Shown: positions 43,062 to 53,295, counted from the stretch's first letter. The stretch is 64,000 bases of DNA from Candidatus Babelota bacterium (GCA_049325595.1 JBMOLF010000010.1:128001-192000), one strand, 5' to 3'. Made by a program: numbers and translations. Notes: a model not told the origin generated them from the letters alone.

Positions 43062-44399
43062 TTAAGAAAAAAGGGCTAATAATTCATAAACATTATTATA
43101 TCTTTTTACCTGTGCGTTTATTGGATCTAGTTTTTGATTAGCGCTAATGAGGAAATTATTAAAACCAAATTTTTCAGCTTCTTTTGCAAAAATATTAATT
43201 TGATTAATAGGTTTGATTTGACCAGTGAGACTAATTTCACCAAGCGCTATTGTTTTTTCTGGCAATGGTTGTTGGAAATAACTTGAAAGCAAAGCAAGTG
43301 CTATACCAAGATCACTCGTGCTTCCTTTTAATTTAAAACCACCACTTGTTTTAAAAAATATATCATGTCCACTAAAGCGTATATGCAGATATTTTTCTAG
43401 AATTGCTGCAATTAAAACAACTTCTTTATGATCAATACCGGTAATAACTCTTTGAGGTATTGCCATTTTAGATTCAATTGTTAAAGCTTGAATTTCAAGC
43501 AAAAGAGGCCGTGATCCTTCTACAATTGAAACTAAGGCAGATCCAGGAGCTTGGCTAATATCATTCAATAAATATTGATTGATATTGCACACTTCTTGCA
43601 AGCCATGTGAATTCATTTCAAAAAATCCCAGTTCATTTACTGTTCCAAATCGATTTTTTACCGATCTTAAAACACGGGTCTCAAAACGATCTTCTCCTTG
43701 GAGATAAAATACCGCATCTACCATATGCTCTAATGTTTTAGGACCAGCAATATTACCCTCTTTAGTAATATGACCAGTTAAGATAATTGTTACTCCCTGT
43801 TCTTTTGCAAGCCTCATTAATTGAAAAGCTGATTCACGTAATTGGCCTACACTTCCGGGGTATGTTTGTGTGTCTGATGTGTAACAGTTTTGTATGGAAT
43901 CTATAATAAGTACATCGGGCTTTTCTTGAGTGGCGACATTAATTATTGATTCAAGGTCTGCATTGTCAGAAAAAAGCAAATTAGTTTCAAGACAGCCAAC
44001 CCGATCAGCGCGTTGTTTTACTTGATTGAGTGATTCTTCGGTGGAAAAATAAAATACGCGATATTGAGATGCCAATGCATTACAAACTTGTAATAGAAGT
44101 GTCGATTTACCTATACCAGGATCACCAGTTAAAATCACTAATGAGTAAGGCATAATACCACCACCCATTACACGATCCCATTCCCCAATACCCGTTAACA
44201 AACGAGGAATATTAGTGCTACTTACTGTATGTAACTGTGTAAGCTCAATTTTTTTATGAGAACTTTTTTTTACCAAATTATCTGTCAGTATATTTTCTTG
44301 AAAGGTGCTCCAGCCATTGCATTCTGGACAACAGCCAAGCCATTTTAAACTTTTATAATCGCATTGCGCACAGATGAAAAGCGATTTTGTCTTACTCAT
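43062..44399 (-). CDS. radA: DNA repair protein RadA/Sms
   Basis: N-terminal C4 zinc finger, GDPGIGKS, KNRFG. Confidence 0.96.
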   Translation of the reverse strand: MSKTKSLFICAQCDYKSLKWLGCCPECNGWSTFQENILTDNLVKKSSHKKIELTQLHTVSSTNIPRLLTGIGEWDRVMGGGIMPYSLVILTGDPGIGKSTLLLQVCNALASQYRVFYFSTEESLNQVKQRADRVGCLETNLLFSDNADLESIINVATQEKPDVLIIDSIQNCYTSDTQTYPGSVGQLRESAFQLMRLAKEQGVTIILTGHITKEGNIAGPKTLEHMVDAVFYLQGEDRFETRVLRSVKNRFGTVNELGFFEMNSHGLQEVCNINQYLLNDISQAPGSALVSIVEGSRPLLLEIQALTIESKMAIPQRVITGIDHKEVVLIAAILEKYLHIRFSGHDIFFKTSGGFKLKGSTSDLGIALALLSSYFQQPLPEKTIALGEISLTGQIKPINQINIFAKEAEKFGFNNFLISANQKLDPINAQVKRYNNVYELLALFS

Positions 44400-44402
44400 C
44401 TG

Positions 44403-44984
44403 CTAGTATCCATCCAGTTGATAACAATTACGACAACGGGCTTGATATGCTTCTTTTGCCCCAACTAAAATTACCGGATCTTCAGATCGAGCAGGAAAGC
44501 CATTAATTAATCGTTGGCTAAGTAAAGCATCATCTCCACATTCTGTACATATAGCTGTTAACTTAGTAACAGTATCTGCAAGTGCCATTATGACAGGCAT
44601 TACACCAAAGGGCAAACCACGAAAATCAAGATCTAGTCCTGCAATAATAACTCTTTTACGAAGATTAATAAGAGTTTTGATTACTAACAAAATTTCTTCA
44701 GAAAAAAACTGTGCTTCATCTATACCAATTACTGTTGCATTTGAATCGGTAACCAATTGAACTAACAATCTGATATCAGATAATGAGTGAGTTTGAAATT
44801 TAGAACCATTGTGTGAAACAATATGTTCTACTGACCAGCGATCATCAAGTGCATGTTTAACGCATAAAACATTTTGACGCGCTATTTGGGCTCGACGTAA
44901 CCGACGTATTAATTCTTCAGATTTTCCCGAGAACATTGGCCCGCAGATGACCTCTAAAAAACCTTTATTGTGAGAAATTTTCAT
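44403..44984 (-). CDS. tdk: Thymidine kinase
   Basis: GPMFSGKSEELIRR, IDEAQF, C-terminal CxxC pairs. Confidence 0.95.
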   Translation of the reverse strand: MKISHNKGFLEVICGPMFSGKSEELIRRLRRAQIARQNVLCVKHALDDRWSVEHIVSHNGSKFQTHSLSDIRLLVQLVTDSNATVIGIDEAQFFSEEILLVIKTLINLRKRVIIAGLDLDFRGLPFGVMPVIMALADTVTKLTAICTECGDDALLSQRLINGFPARSEDPVILVGAKEAYQARCRNCYQLDGY

Positions 44985-45060
44985 AATATTAATGATTAAA
45001 AGAAGATTATATATTAAACTTTTTTAAAAACATACACCTCTTAAGATATCCCAAAAGCAT

Positions 45061-45822
45061 ATGAAAAACAAAAAAAATAATACATCGGCAAATGAATTCA
45101 CTCTTAACAAATTTTTAGCTCACGCAGGTGTTGCATCCCGTCGTAAAACAGTAGAAATAATAAAAAAAAATTTGGTTAAAGTTAATGGTAAAGTAATCAA
45201 TGATCCTTCTTACAAAGTTCATGAAAATGACCAAATTACAATCGATGGCGATTTAATTACCATCGAAGAAAAAAAATATTTGCTCCTTAATAAACCAACA
45301 AAAATAATTTCTACGGTTTCAGATGAAAAAGGAAGAGCAACCGTTGTTGATGTTATTGGTGATTATGCCAAAGAATTACGATTATATCCTGTCGGTCGCT
45401 TAGATTATGAAACTACTGGTCTGCTTTTGCTAACAAATGATGGTCAACTTGCTCATCAACTTGCGCATCCAAGGTTTGAAATAAAAAAAATTTATCATGT
45501 TACTCTTGATAAACCTGTACAATTAAAACACCTTGAACTGATTAAAAAAGGGGTAATGCTGGAAGATGGTAAAGTTGTGGTGGATAATATTACTCACGTT
45601 TCAGGAAAACCGATGAATCATGTACACATAACCTTACATAGCGGAAAATATCGAATAGTTCGTCGATTATTTGAAGCCTTAGGGTTTGTGGTACACAAAC
45701 TCGATCGTATTAATTATGCAGGATTAACAAAAAGAGGATTGCCCATTGGGGCCTGGCGTAACTTAAGAAAAGAAGAAGTTAAAAAATTGTATCTTTTAGC
45801 TTCTAAAAAAATTAAAAAATAA
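45061..45822 (+). CDS. S4-domain pseudouridine synthase (RluB/RsuA family)
   Basis: LNKFLAHAGVASRR, YPVGRLD, GLLLLTNDG. Confidence 0.92.
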   Translation: MKNKKNNTSANEFTLNKFLAHAGVASRRKTVEIIKKNLVKVNGKVINDPSYKVHENDQITIDGDLITIEEKKYLLLNKPTKIISTVSDEKGRATVVDVIGDYAKELRLYPVGRLDYETTGLLLLTNDGQLAHQLAHPRFEIKKIYHVTLDKPVQLKHLELIKKGVMLEDGKVVVDNITHVSGKPMNHVHITLHSGKYRIVRRLFEALGFVVHKLDRINYAGLTKRGLPIGAWRNLRKEEVKKLYLLASKKIKK

Positions 45823-45930
45823 TAAATAAAAATATTTACTTTTATTAAGCCAAAGGTACAGTATAAAAAATATTTTATTTCTGTGATGAAATATTTTATC
45901 TTTTTTCGATACAACAGTTATAGGATGACA

Positions 45931-46143
45931 ATGAAAAAATATTTTTTATTATTTAGCATGGTTGCCATTTTTGGTAATGCTAGTGAGAATCTTAATTTGC
46001 CATATAAAAATAAATTAAAGATTAAAGAAGAAAAAGTTTTAAAAGAATTTAAACAAAAACGCACTGAAGAAAAAATTTCCCGAAGTAATTTAGCTGGATT
46101 AAGACTAAACCGAGTAATTAAAGCTAAACGTGAATTATTTTAA
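45931..46143 (+). CDS. Small secreted basic hypothetical protein
   Basis: AGGA SD; MKKYFLLF signal peptide; start uncertain. Confidence 0.5.
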   Translation: MKKYFLLFSMVAIFGNASENLNLPYKNKLKIKEEKVLKEFKQKRTEEKISRSNLAGLRLNRVIKAKRELF

Positions 46144-46146
46144 AAA

Positions 46147-47481
46147 ATGAGTAGCATTATGATAACTCCCTATATTCAGATTGAACATTCACCCAAATTA
46201 CAGGGACAGGTTGTCCTTAGTGGAGCTAAAAATGCAGTTTTGGTTATTATAGCTTCATTGATTTTAACACGAGGAAAGTCTATCTTGACTAATGTTCCTC
46301 TTTCAGATGATGTTACCAATATGATTAAATTATTGGTAAATCTGGGCGCAAAAGTTTTCTTTTTTGAAGAAGAACGAATATTAGAAGTAGATACCTCTTC
46401 CTTGCACAATTGGCATGTAAGTGCTGACATTATGAAGAAAATGCGGGCTTCTATTTTAGTTATGGGGCCATTATTGGCACGATTTGGTAAGGCTGAAATA
46501 GCTGTTCCAGGAGGTTGTGTGATTGGATCTCGCCCTATTGATTATCATCTAAAAAATTTTAAAAAAATGGGTGCTTCTATTCATGAAAATGGCGACATTT
46601 TAAGTGCTGTTTGTGATAATGGTCTTATTGCTAATAAATATGTACTTGAGTATCCAAGCGTGGGAGCAACCGAAAATATTCTCATGGCTGCCGTATTAAC
46701 ACCAGGCATTACGCAGATTGTTAATGCAGCTCTAGAGCCTGAAGTAATCGATTTAATAACAGTGCTTGGTAAAATGGGAGCTCGAATTACGATAAAAGCG
46801 CCTGCAACCATAGAAGTTGAAGGGGTAGAGTCTCTACATGCTATAGAGCATGGCATTATGCCAGATCGTTTGGAGGCTGGATCATTATTGCTTGCTGCTG
46901 CAATAACCAAAGGAGAAATAGAAATTGTAAATGCTCAGGCTGACTACATGGATGTATTTCTTTTAAAACTTGAAGAAATGGGTCATAAAATTGTTACTGG
47001 TTCACAAGGTGTATATCTAAAAGCAACAGATATGCCACGAGCAGTATCATTTAAAACTTCGCCTTATCCAGGCTTTCCTACTGATTTACAAGCTCCTATG
47101 ACGGCAGCATTATGTTTAGCTGAAGGAACAAGCGTTATTGAAGAAACGGTTTTTGAAAATAGGCTAGTTCATATTCGTGAATTACAAAAAATGGGTGCAC
47201 AAGTAAAAATTGAAAGCAATAAAGCTTTTATTACTGGGGTTGAACAATTATACGGTACTTCTGTTATTGCAACTGATATTCGTGCTTCGTGTGGATTGGT
47301 GCTTGCGGGATTAGTTGCCAAAGGCATTACTATAATGACGGGAATACATCATTGGACACGTGGATACGACCATTTAGAGAAGAAATTAGCATACTTAGGC
47401 GCTCGAATAATGCTTGTAAATCATGATAAATCACCTCTTGCTATTTCCACTGCCGATCGAATTGCAGAAAATACATTATAA
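46147..47481 (+). CDS. murA: UDP-N-acetylglucosamine 1-carboxyvinyltransferase
   Basis: SGAKNA, PGGCVIGSRP (catalytic Cys), PSVGATEN, YPGFPTDLQ. Confidence 0.97.
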   Translation: MSSIMITPYIQIEHSPKLQGQVVLSGAKNAVLVIIASLILTRGKSILTNVPLSDDVTNMIKLLVNLGAKVFFFEEERILEVDTSSLHNWHVSADIMKKMRASILVMGPLLARFGKAEIAVPGGCVIGSRPIDYHLKNFKKMGASIHENGDILSAVCDNGLIANKYVLEYPSVGATENILMAAVLTPGITQIVNAALEPEVIDLITVLGKMGARITIKAPATIEVEGVESLHAIEHGIMPDRLEAGSLLLAAAITKGEIEIVNAQADYMDVFLLKLEEMGHKIVTGSQGVYLKATDMPRAVSFKTSPYPGFPTDLQAPMTAALCLAEGTSVIEETVFENRLVHIRELQKMGAQVKIESNKAFITGVEQLYGTSVIATDIRASCGLVLAGLVAKGITIMTGIHHWTRGYDHLEKKLAYLGARIMLVNHDKSPLAISTADRIAENTL

Positions 47482-47535
47482 ATAAAGAAGCTTTTTTTTA
47501 GAGCTTCTTCATATTTTGGAGATAAGGCTCTTAAT

Positions 47536-48369
47536 TTAGAAATTACTACCGGTAAGTTCAGTTAATTCTTTAGTAATTTTAGCTTGCCGCAATTTATTAT
47601 ATTGAAGTTTAGTTTGATCTAATAAACTTTGGGCATTGCGTGTAGAATTATCCATAGATAAAAAGCGAGCAGCTTGTTCTGCATACAGAGATTGAAATAA
47701 AATATACTGAATTTGAGATTCAATTATTTGTTGTAATAAGTTATCCAAAACTTCTTGAGGTGATTGTTCCCAATGATAATCTTCAGTTGGTTTTAGGTCT
47801 GCAATTTGTTCTTCGACCGGTATCAGATGAGTAATGTGAGGCTTTTGAACAAAAAAACTTTTTAATTGATTGCTTACTAAGCTTACTGAGCTTGGTTCTT
47901 TTGCTAAGATAAATTTGACTATTTCTTGGGCTATAGTTGTTAAGGTTGTAACATGAAGATCTGAATACTGACTAGATATTTTAATATTTTTATCAGTAAC
48001 AAGATCAATCATTTTTTTGCCCACAACAATAATATCTATGGCATTAAGGTTTTTATAATTATTAAAGAAAAAATTCAAAAGAGAGCTATTAAAATTGCCA
48101 CAAAGACCCTTTTGTGATCCTATTAAAATAAGTAAAGGACGTGATTGAGGTTTTTGGCTTGGTTCAATAAGTGGATTTTTCCAGGTAGGTAGCGCATATT
48201 TTACCCGTTTTAATAAATTACTAGATGCTTTAATATAGGCTTTAAGTGCATCATCCTGTTGTCGCATGCGCGTATGAGCAGACATTGAAATCAAACGCAT
48301 GGCATGAGTAATTTTTTTTATAGTCTCTATTGCTTTTATTCGTTGTCTAAGATAAATGAGCTGTGACAT
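47536..48369 (-). CDS. atpG: F1 ATP synthase gamma subunit
   Basis: KITHAMRLIS, KGLCGNFN, EQAARFLSM, RQAKITKEL; start ATG 48369. Confidence 0.93.
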   Translation of the reverse strand: MSQLIYLRQRIKAIETIKKITHAMRLISMSAHTRMRQQDDALKAYIKASSNLLKRVKYALPTWKNPLIEPSQKPQSRPLLILIGSQKGLCGNFNSSLLNFFFNNYKNLNAIDIIVVGKKMIDLVTDKNIKISSQYSDLHVTTLTTIAQEIVKFILAKEPSSVSLVSNQLKSFFVQKPHITHLIPVEEQIADLKPTEDYHWEQSPQEVLDNLLQQIIESQIQYILFQSLYAEQAARFLSMDNSTRNAQSLLDQTKLQYNKLRQAKITKELTELTGSNF

Positions 48370-48481
48370 GATAATATCCGGTAAGAGTAACTTTTTTTGC
48401 TCTTTATTGATAATGTAGTATGTATTAGGCAGGTTTGCAATTATTACTACTAATAAAAGTAAAAAATAATAATGGTAATGT

Positions 48482-49057
48482 ATGTTTTTAATTATTGATG
48501 CATATAACATTTTAAAACAGGTTATATCTCTTAAAGAGATTACTCGTGTGCAACGAGAGCGTTTTATACAGCTTGTTTTTACCTATGCGCGTCGAAAAAA
48601 CCATTATGCAGTTATTGTTTTTGATGGCGGAGCTGATAGATGGCCATCGACTGAGAAAAAAAAGCAGGGATCCATTACTTTTGCCGGTACTACCATTTCT
48701 GCTGATGACTATATTAAAACTTTTATTAGCGATAACAAAGATAAAGATATGTTACTTATTTCGACTGATCGAGCCTTAGCGACATGGGCCAGTAAATATC
48801 GTGTGCCTGCTATTGATGCACTTGATTTCTATCAATTCTTAAAGAACGAACTTAGCAATGAAGTTGAAAGAAAGAAAAACTTAGTATTACCAGTCAAAAT
48901 AACTGAAGATGAAAATCCTGAATTAGATCGTTTAATGACCCAAGCAAGTGAAACTATTTATCCAAAGCAAGAAGAAAAGCAAGCTGATAGAAAGTCTTCT
49001 GGCCAACATCAATCAAAAAAAGAAAGAAAAATACTCCAGAAAATAAAGAAACTGTGA
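48482..49057 (+). CDS. NYN-domain (YacP/Rae1-like) ribonuclease
   Basis: IIDAYN, IVFDG, SADDYI, ISTDR acidic motifs. Confidence 0.8.
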   Translation: MFLIIDAYNILKQVISLKEITRVQRERFIQLVFTYARRKNHYAVIVFDGGADRWPSTEKKKQGSITFAGTTISADDYIKTFISDNKDKDMLLISTDRALATWASKYRVPAIDALDFYQFLKNELSNEVERKKNLVLPVKITEDENPELDRLMTQASETIYPKQEEKQADRKSSGQHQSKKERKILQKIKKL

Positions 49058-49072
49058 TACAGTTTAGGAACT

Positions 49073-49513
49073 ATGAAATTATTAAAAGAATTTATAATTG
49101 GAAAAAATCAATTGCCAGAAGTGGTTGATTTTTTAATGAATTTAAAAAAGAGATATCCGATAATTACTTTTACCGGTCCTTTAGGAGCTGGGAAAACCAC
49201 CTTAGTTCAATTATTTTTAAAACGCTGCGGTGTACAAGAAACAATAACGAGTCCTACTTTTACTATTATGAATAGCTATCATAATAATAAAGGTGAAACA
49301 TTTTATCATTTTGATTTGTATCGTTTAACTAATCTGGATGATTTTTTTCAAGGTGGCTTTGAAGAATATCTTTATCAGCCTAATAGTGTAGTGTGTATTG
49401 AGTGGCCTGAGATTATTATGCCATTTTTAAATACCATATCAGAAAAAGTTTGTTCGGTAGTTTTAGACTACTCTGATATTGATAAAAGAATTATAAAAAT
49501 AATAACTCAATAG
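49073..49513 (+). CDS. tsaE: tRNA t6A biosynthesis ATPase TsaE
   Basis: GPLGAGKTT, SPTF, HFDLYR, IEWP. Confidence 0.95.
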   Translation: MKLLKEFIIGKNQLPEVVDFLMNLKKRYPIITFTGPLGAGKTTLVQLFLKRCGVQETITSPTFTIMNSYHNNKGETFYHFDLYRLTNLDDFFQGGFEEYLYQPNSVVCIEWPEIIMPFLNTISEKVCSVVLDYSDIDKRIIKIITQ

Positions 49514-49527
49514 GGATTACCTAGTTT

Positions 49528-49734
49528 ATGAATAATTACACTAGTCCGTTAGCAGAACGCCCCGATTATTTAGTTTGTACCTGCATGGGTGTTATGTATA
49601 GCGAACTTTATCAAGCCATACAAGAAGGTGACAACACATTTCAAGCTTTATCCGATCGTTTTGGTGTAGGAACTGGTTGTAGTAGTTGTGTTGACGAAGT
49701 AATAACAATGTTAAAAGAACAAGCAAAAAAATAA
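49528..49734 (+). CDS. BFD-like [2Fe-2S] protein
   Basis: VCTC...GTGCSSC. Confidence 0.85.
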   Translation: MNNYTSPLAERPDYLVCTCMGVMYSELYQAIQEGDNTFQALSDRFGVGTGCSSCVDEVITMLKEQAKK

Positions 49735-49746
49735 GAAAGATTTTAC

Positions 49747-50647
49747 ATGAATAGTTTGCAGCGTATTTTAATTTTATCTGTTTTTTTTTACCACAACATC
49801 TTATACCAACATTTCTGTGGGCGATTTACACCCTGCAGTTAAAGAGTGGTGCGATAAAAACCCTAAATGTGTTGAATGTACACAGTTTGCAAAATTTATT
49901 TTTTGTGCTCAAAAACGTCCCTTGCCTTGGGAAATATCGGTAGCTGAAAAAAATGATGACACTCAAACTTTGAGTACTGAATTATTTTGTCAAGAACAAC
50001 CATGGACAGAAAAATGGCGGTCTGTATCAACAGATAATGGTAAATATGTAACGTTTGATAACATTTATAACGAAGTTGAGCATATTTTTGAGAAAAAAGA
50101 TGGTTGGTCAAAATTTAATAGACTAAAAGCGTTAGAGGTTACTGAAATTATTGGAAAAAAATTAGAGCATTTAGCTTGCGAAAAAACTTATTCGCATGCG
50201 GACCTAAAAAAAGCTCTATCATATCTACCTAATGAGTTCAGTCAATTATGCGCAACTAATGTACATAATAGAAATTGTGGATTTATTGTCGCTGCCTTTA
50301 AAAATCCAACATTATACCAGACGCAAGAATTGGCTCAGCATGTGATTAAAATTGGCGAAGAACAACAATGGTCTGGTGATCAAGTTGTTTATTATATAAC
50401 GCAAATAAACGAAGCATTTGGAAAAAGAAAAGTAGATGTTATTAAGAGTTTTTTATTAAAGACAGTTCAGCAATTGCCTAAAGTTGGTATAGTAGAACTT
50501 AATAGAGCTCTGGCTATAGCAGAAACAAATGTAGAAACAATGGCAGAATTAATAGCGAGAACATTTCATCATATGATGGATGGAAATATTAGAAAAGCAT
50601 ATTATACACTCAAAAAAGATTTTAAAGTTTTAAAAAAAAGAGGTTGA
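49747..50647 (+). pseudogene. Secreted hypothetical protein interrupted by a one-base frameshift in a T9 tract (or a sequencing error)
   Basis: ATG 49747 encodes a signal peptide that is in frame with ORF 49817..50647 only if T9 (49781-49789) is T8. Confidence 0.65.
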
Positions 50648-50666
50648 TTGCCTCAACCTCTTTTTT
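50634..50666. terminator. Bidirectional intrinsic terminator
   Basis: AAAAAAGAGGTTGA-ttgcc-TCAACCTCTTTTTT. Confidence 0.88.
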
Positions 50667-50667
50667 G

Positions 50668-51585
50668 TTATGCTTTTAATACGAGTTGTTTCGTTTGATA
50701 TATCCAACGAGCGAGGGTATCTAATAATACCGCATCTGATTCATCATTTTCATAGGCTGCTCCAACAGTTTCACAGGTAAATTCTTTTGGCAAAAAAGTA
50801 CGCGCAACAGTGTCTTGATACCCAACATAAGGCTGAGAAGAAATCACCAATACTGATCCAGGTTGGGCAGATGTGGAAAGCCAGCTTGCAAATGTATCAC
50901 CAGTAGTAGGGCGTATTAAACTTCCTCCAGGTCCTACTTTGCAAGGGGTATCAATAACCTTAATTTTCTCTTTTACATTCTCTGATAATAAGGTTTGATC
51001 AATAACCATTTGTGTCATTTCAGTTTCTGTAGTCGGTAATGTTGTAGGTTTTTTCCAATTATTATTTGTCGGCAATGCAGAATTTTTAAAATCAAGTAAT
51101 ATTTCATCACTTTCAATAGTTTTATCTAATGGGCGTTGTCCGCACAAAAAGAGAATCGAATTAAATGAATATCCTTGATTTATTAAGTGCAATAAATGAG
51201 CAAAGCGACTGCGTGTTCTTTCAACAGTTCCGCCAAGCACTAAAGCATAATCGTATTTTTTACTCTGCGGCTTAATTTCTTGCAACATGCCAAGCTTATC
51301 GCATTCATGCATTATTAATGAATGCGTTTGGGGAGAAAAAATGTTATCTACTTGCCAACGTTCTTTGCCTGGTTTTCGCAGCCATTCCTTTTGAGTTCCT
51401 TCTACAATACTTTCAAGCGTATTATTATGAGAAATCTTAAAAGCATTTAATAAGACAGTAATAGATGTATGGGGCGTTGTGTTTGCGTTGAAAAGTTGAG
51501 GAATAGACGATTCCTGAGCGTGTTGAAAAAAAGCAATAGAAGTAATGAGTAGCGCAATTGTAATAAGATAATATTTTATATTCAT
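50668..51585 (-). CDS. Membrane-anchored or exported hypothetical protein, possibly DUF218-like fold
   Basis: YDYALVLGG, GQRPL, TETEM, RPTT, VISSQPY motifs; N-terminal hydrophobic segment. Confidence 0.65.
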   Translation of the reverse strand: MNIKYYLITIALLITSIAFFQHAQESSIPQLFNANTTPHTSITVLLNAFKISHNNTLESIVEGTQKEWLRKPGKERWQVDNIFSPQTHSLIMHECDKLGMLQEIKPQSKKYDYALVLGGTVERTRSRFAHLLHLINQGYSFNSILFLCGQRPLDKTIESDEILLDFKNSALPTNNNWKKPTTLPTTETEMTQMVIDQTLLSENVKEKIKVIDTPCKVGPGGSLIRPTTGDTFASWLSTSAQPGSVLVISSQPYVGYQDTVARTFLPKEFTCETVGAAYENDESDAVLLDTLARWIYQTKQLVLKA

Positions 51586-51701
51586 AAAATCCTTATAGGC
51601 ACTTTAGTTATTATGAGATTAATTTTTGTTGGCATTAATGATAATTATAATTGTTCAAAAATCAAATGATGTTATAATTACAATAAAATGAAAAATTTAA
51701 G

Positions 51702-51730
51702 TTGAAATTTTTAAAGAAAACCAATATCAT
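51702..51730 (+). promoter_or_regulatory. Sigma70-like promoter for the tRNA cluster
   Basis: TTGAAA-17 nt-TATCAT. Confidence 0.6.
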
Positions 51731-51756
51731 AATGACACGTTGACAGAAATGACAGC

Positions 51757-51842
51757 GGCGAGATTCCCGAGTGGCCAAAGGGGACGGACTGTAAATCCGT
51801 TGGTGTAAGCCTTCGTAGGTTCGAATCCTACTCTCGCCACCA
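51757..51842 (+). tRNA. tRNA-Tyr(GTA)
   Basis: ACGGA-CTGTAAA-TCCGT arm, long variable arm, CCA. Confidence 0.96.
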
Positions 51843-51845
51843 GTT

Positions 51846-51921
51846 GCGGGAATAGCTCAATTGGTAGAGCGGCAGCCTTCCAAGCTGTAGGTTGCGGGTT
51901 CGAGTCCCGTTTCCCGCTCCA
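51846..51921 (+). tRNA. tRNA-Gly(TCC)
   Basis: GCGGGAA acceptor, CTTCCAA loop, TCCA end. Confidence 0.96.
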
Positions 51922-51968
51922 CTAATGATTCTGTTAAGGTGCGCATGATAAAGGGTGTAGAGATAAAT

Positions 51969-52044
51969 GCTGGCGTAGCTCAGTTGGTAGAGCAGCTGAT
52001 TTGTAATCAGCAGGTCACTGGTTCAAGTCCAGTCGCCAGCTCCA
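51969..52044 (+). tRNA. tRNA-Thr(TGT)
   Basis: GCTGA-TTTGTAA-TCAGC arm, CCA. Confidence 0.96.
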
Positions 52045-52136
52045 GAAAAATGTTCTAAAATGTCACAAAAATAATTTGTCTTTTGCTCTTTTTTCATTTA
52101 CTCTATATCTAAATCATTAAGGAAATGTGAAAATAT

Positions 52137-52212
52137 GCCCACGTAGCTCAGGTGGTAGAGCACTTCCTTGGTAAGGGAGAGGTCACCGGTTCAAGCCCGG
52201 TCGCGGGCTCCA
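52137..52212 (+). tRNA. tRNA-Thr(GGT)
   Basis: TTGGTAA loop, CCA; one A-C mismatch in the acceptor stem. Confidence 0.93.
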
Positions 52213-52271
52213 GGTTTAGTAAGTAGCATTTAAAATAAATTGTAGCGATTTAAAACGTGTTTTGAGATGAT

Positions 52272-52430
52272 ATGGCAAAGAATAGAGTAACTACCCATTT
52301 AGCATGCGAGCAGTGTAAAGAGCGTAATTATACTCAAGTGGTCTCAAAAAAGAGATCTGTTGGGTCTTTATCACTTAAAAAGTTTTGCTCTCGTTGCCGT
52401 GCGCACGCAACTCACAAAGAAACGAAATAG
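52272..52430 (+). CDS. rpmG: 50S ribosomal protein L33, Zn-binding form (not in the ORF track)
   Basis: Hand translation MAKNRVTTHLACEQCKERNY...LKKFCSRCRAHATHKETK. Confidence 0.95.
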   Translation: MAKNRVTTHLACEQCKERNYTQVVSKKRSVGSLSLKKFCSRCRAHATHKETK

Positions 52431-52437
52431 GTAGAGT

Positions 52438-52514
52438 AGGCCAGTAGCTCGAATTGGTAGAGCGGCAGACTCCAAATCTGCGGGTTGGGGGTTCGAATCC
52501 CTCCTGGCCTGCCA
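52438..52514 (+). tRNA. tRNA-Trp(CCA)
   Basis: GCAGA-CTCCAAA-TCTGC arm, GCCA end; conserved position before secE. Confidence 0.96.
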
Positions 52515-52556
52515 CACAACTGCAGGCGCCAAAAATCGTTACCGTGTGGAGTAATC

Positions 52557-52754
52557 ATGAAAGATGTCGTTCAGTTTTTAGCCGAAGTTAAAAATGAGTT
52601 AGGCAAGGTTGTTTGGCCTAAAGTTGATGAGTGGATAGGTTCTACTATAATAATGATTATTTTGGTATTTGCTTGTGCTCTCTATTTGGGCGCTGTTGAT
52701 TTTGGCCTGTCTAAGCTTGCCGGCCTTATATTTAAAAGTTACAGCTTGAATTAA
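52557..52754 (+). CDS. secE: Preprotein translocase subunit SecE
   Basis: FLAEVKNELGKVVWP plus one TM; GGAG SD before ATG 52557. Confidence 0.93.
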   Translation: MKDVVQFLAEVKNELGKVVWPKVDEWIGSTIIMIILVFACALYLGAVDFGLSKLAGLIFKSYSLN

Positions 52755-52776
52755 TTTGGGATCGGGTGCAAATACA

Positions 52777-53295
52777 ATGAAACGTTGGTATGTGGTACAG
52801 GTTTATGCCGGCTATGAAGATTCGGTTAAATCTGATATTGGCAAGCGTATTAAGGAAGCTCATTTAGAAGATAGCTTTGGTGAAATTTTGATCCCTTCGG
52901 CAAAGTTAAAGCCATTGTTTGAGGTTGAAGAATCCAGGGACTCTCAATTGTTCCCTGGTTATGTTCTTATAGAAATGGAAGCGTCGCCAGAGGCGATTCG
53001 TTTGGTAAATTCGTCAACTCGCGTTATTAAGTTCCTCGGGGGCAAAGAGCCTGTTCCTTTAAGTAAAAGAGAGATTGATCGCGTTATTTCTCAGATTAAA
53101 GGTGAAGTTGCTGTTGCGCCTCAAAAGAGTGAATTTGTTGTTGGTAGCGAGGTAGAAATAAAAGAGGGACCATTTGCTGGATTTGTTGGCATTGTCGACA
53201 AAATTGATGATGAAAATGAAAAGTTAACGGTGATGGTAAGTATTTTTGGACGAATGACTCCTGTTGAAATTGGATTTAATCAAGTAAAACGATAA
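52777..53295 (+). CDS. nusG: Transcription factor NusG
   Basis: WYVVQV, FPGYVLIEM, KOW motif GPFAGF, IFGRMTPVE. Confidence 0.96.
   Translation: MKRWYVVQVYAGYEDSVKSDIGKRIKEAHLEDSFGEILIPSAKLKPLFEVEESRDSQLFPGYVLIEMEASPEAIRLVNSSTRVIKFLGGKEPVPLSKREIDRVISQIKGEVAVAPQKSEFVVGSEVEIKEGPFAGFVGIVDKIDDENEKLTVMVSIFGRMTPVEIGFNQVKR

Noticed and set aside
48370..48510. Hydrophobic 47-aa N-terminal extension of AtpG in the ORF track
   Set aside because: Overlaps the divergent gene; AtpG similarity begins at ATG 48369
48482..49057. NYN nuclease as a toxin or defence gene
   Set aside because: Looks like a housekeeping YacP/Rae1-type protein in an operon with tsaE, with no antitoxin or defence context
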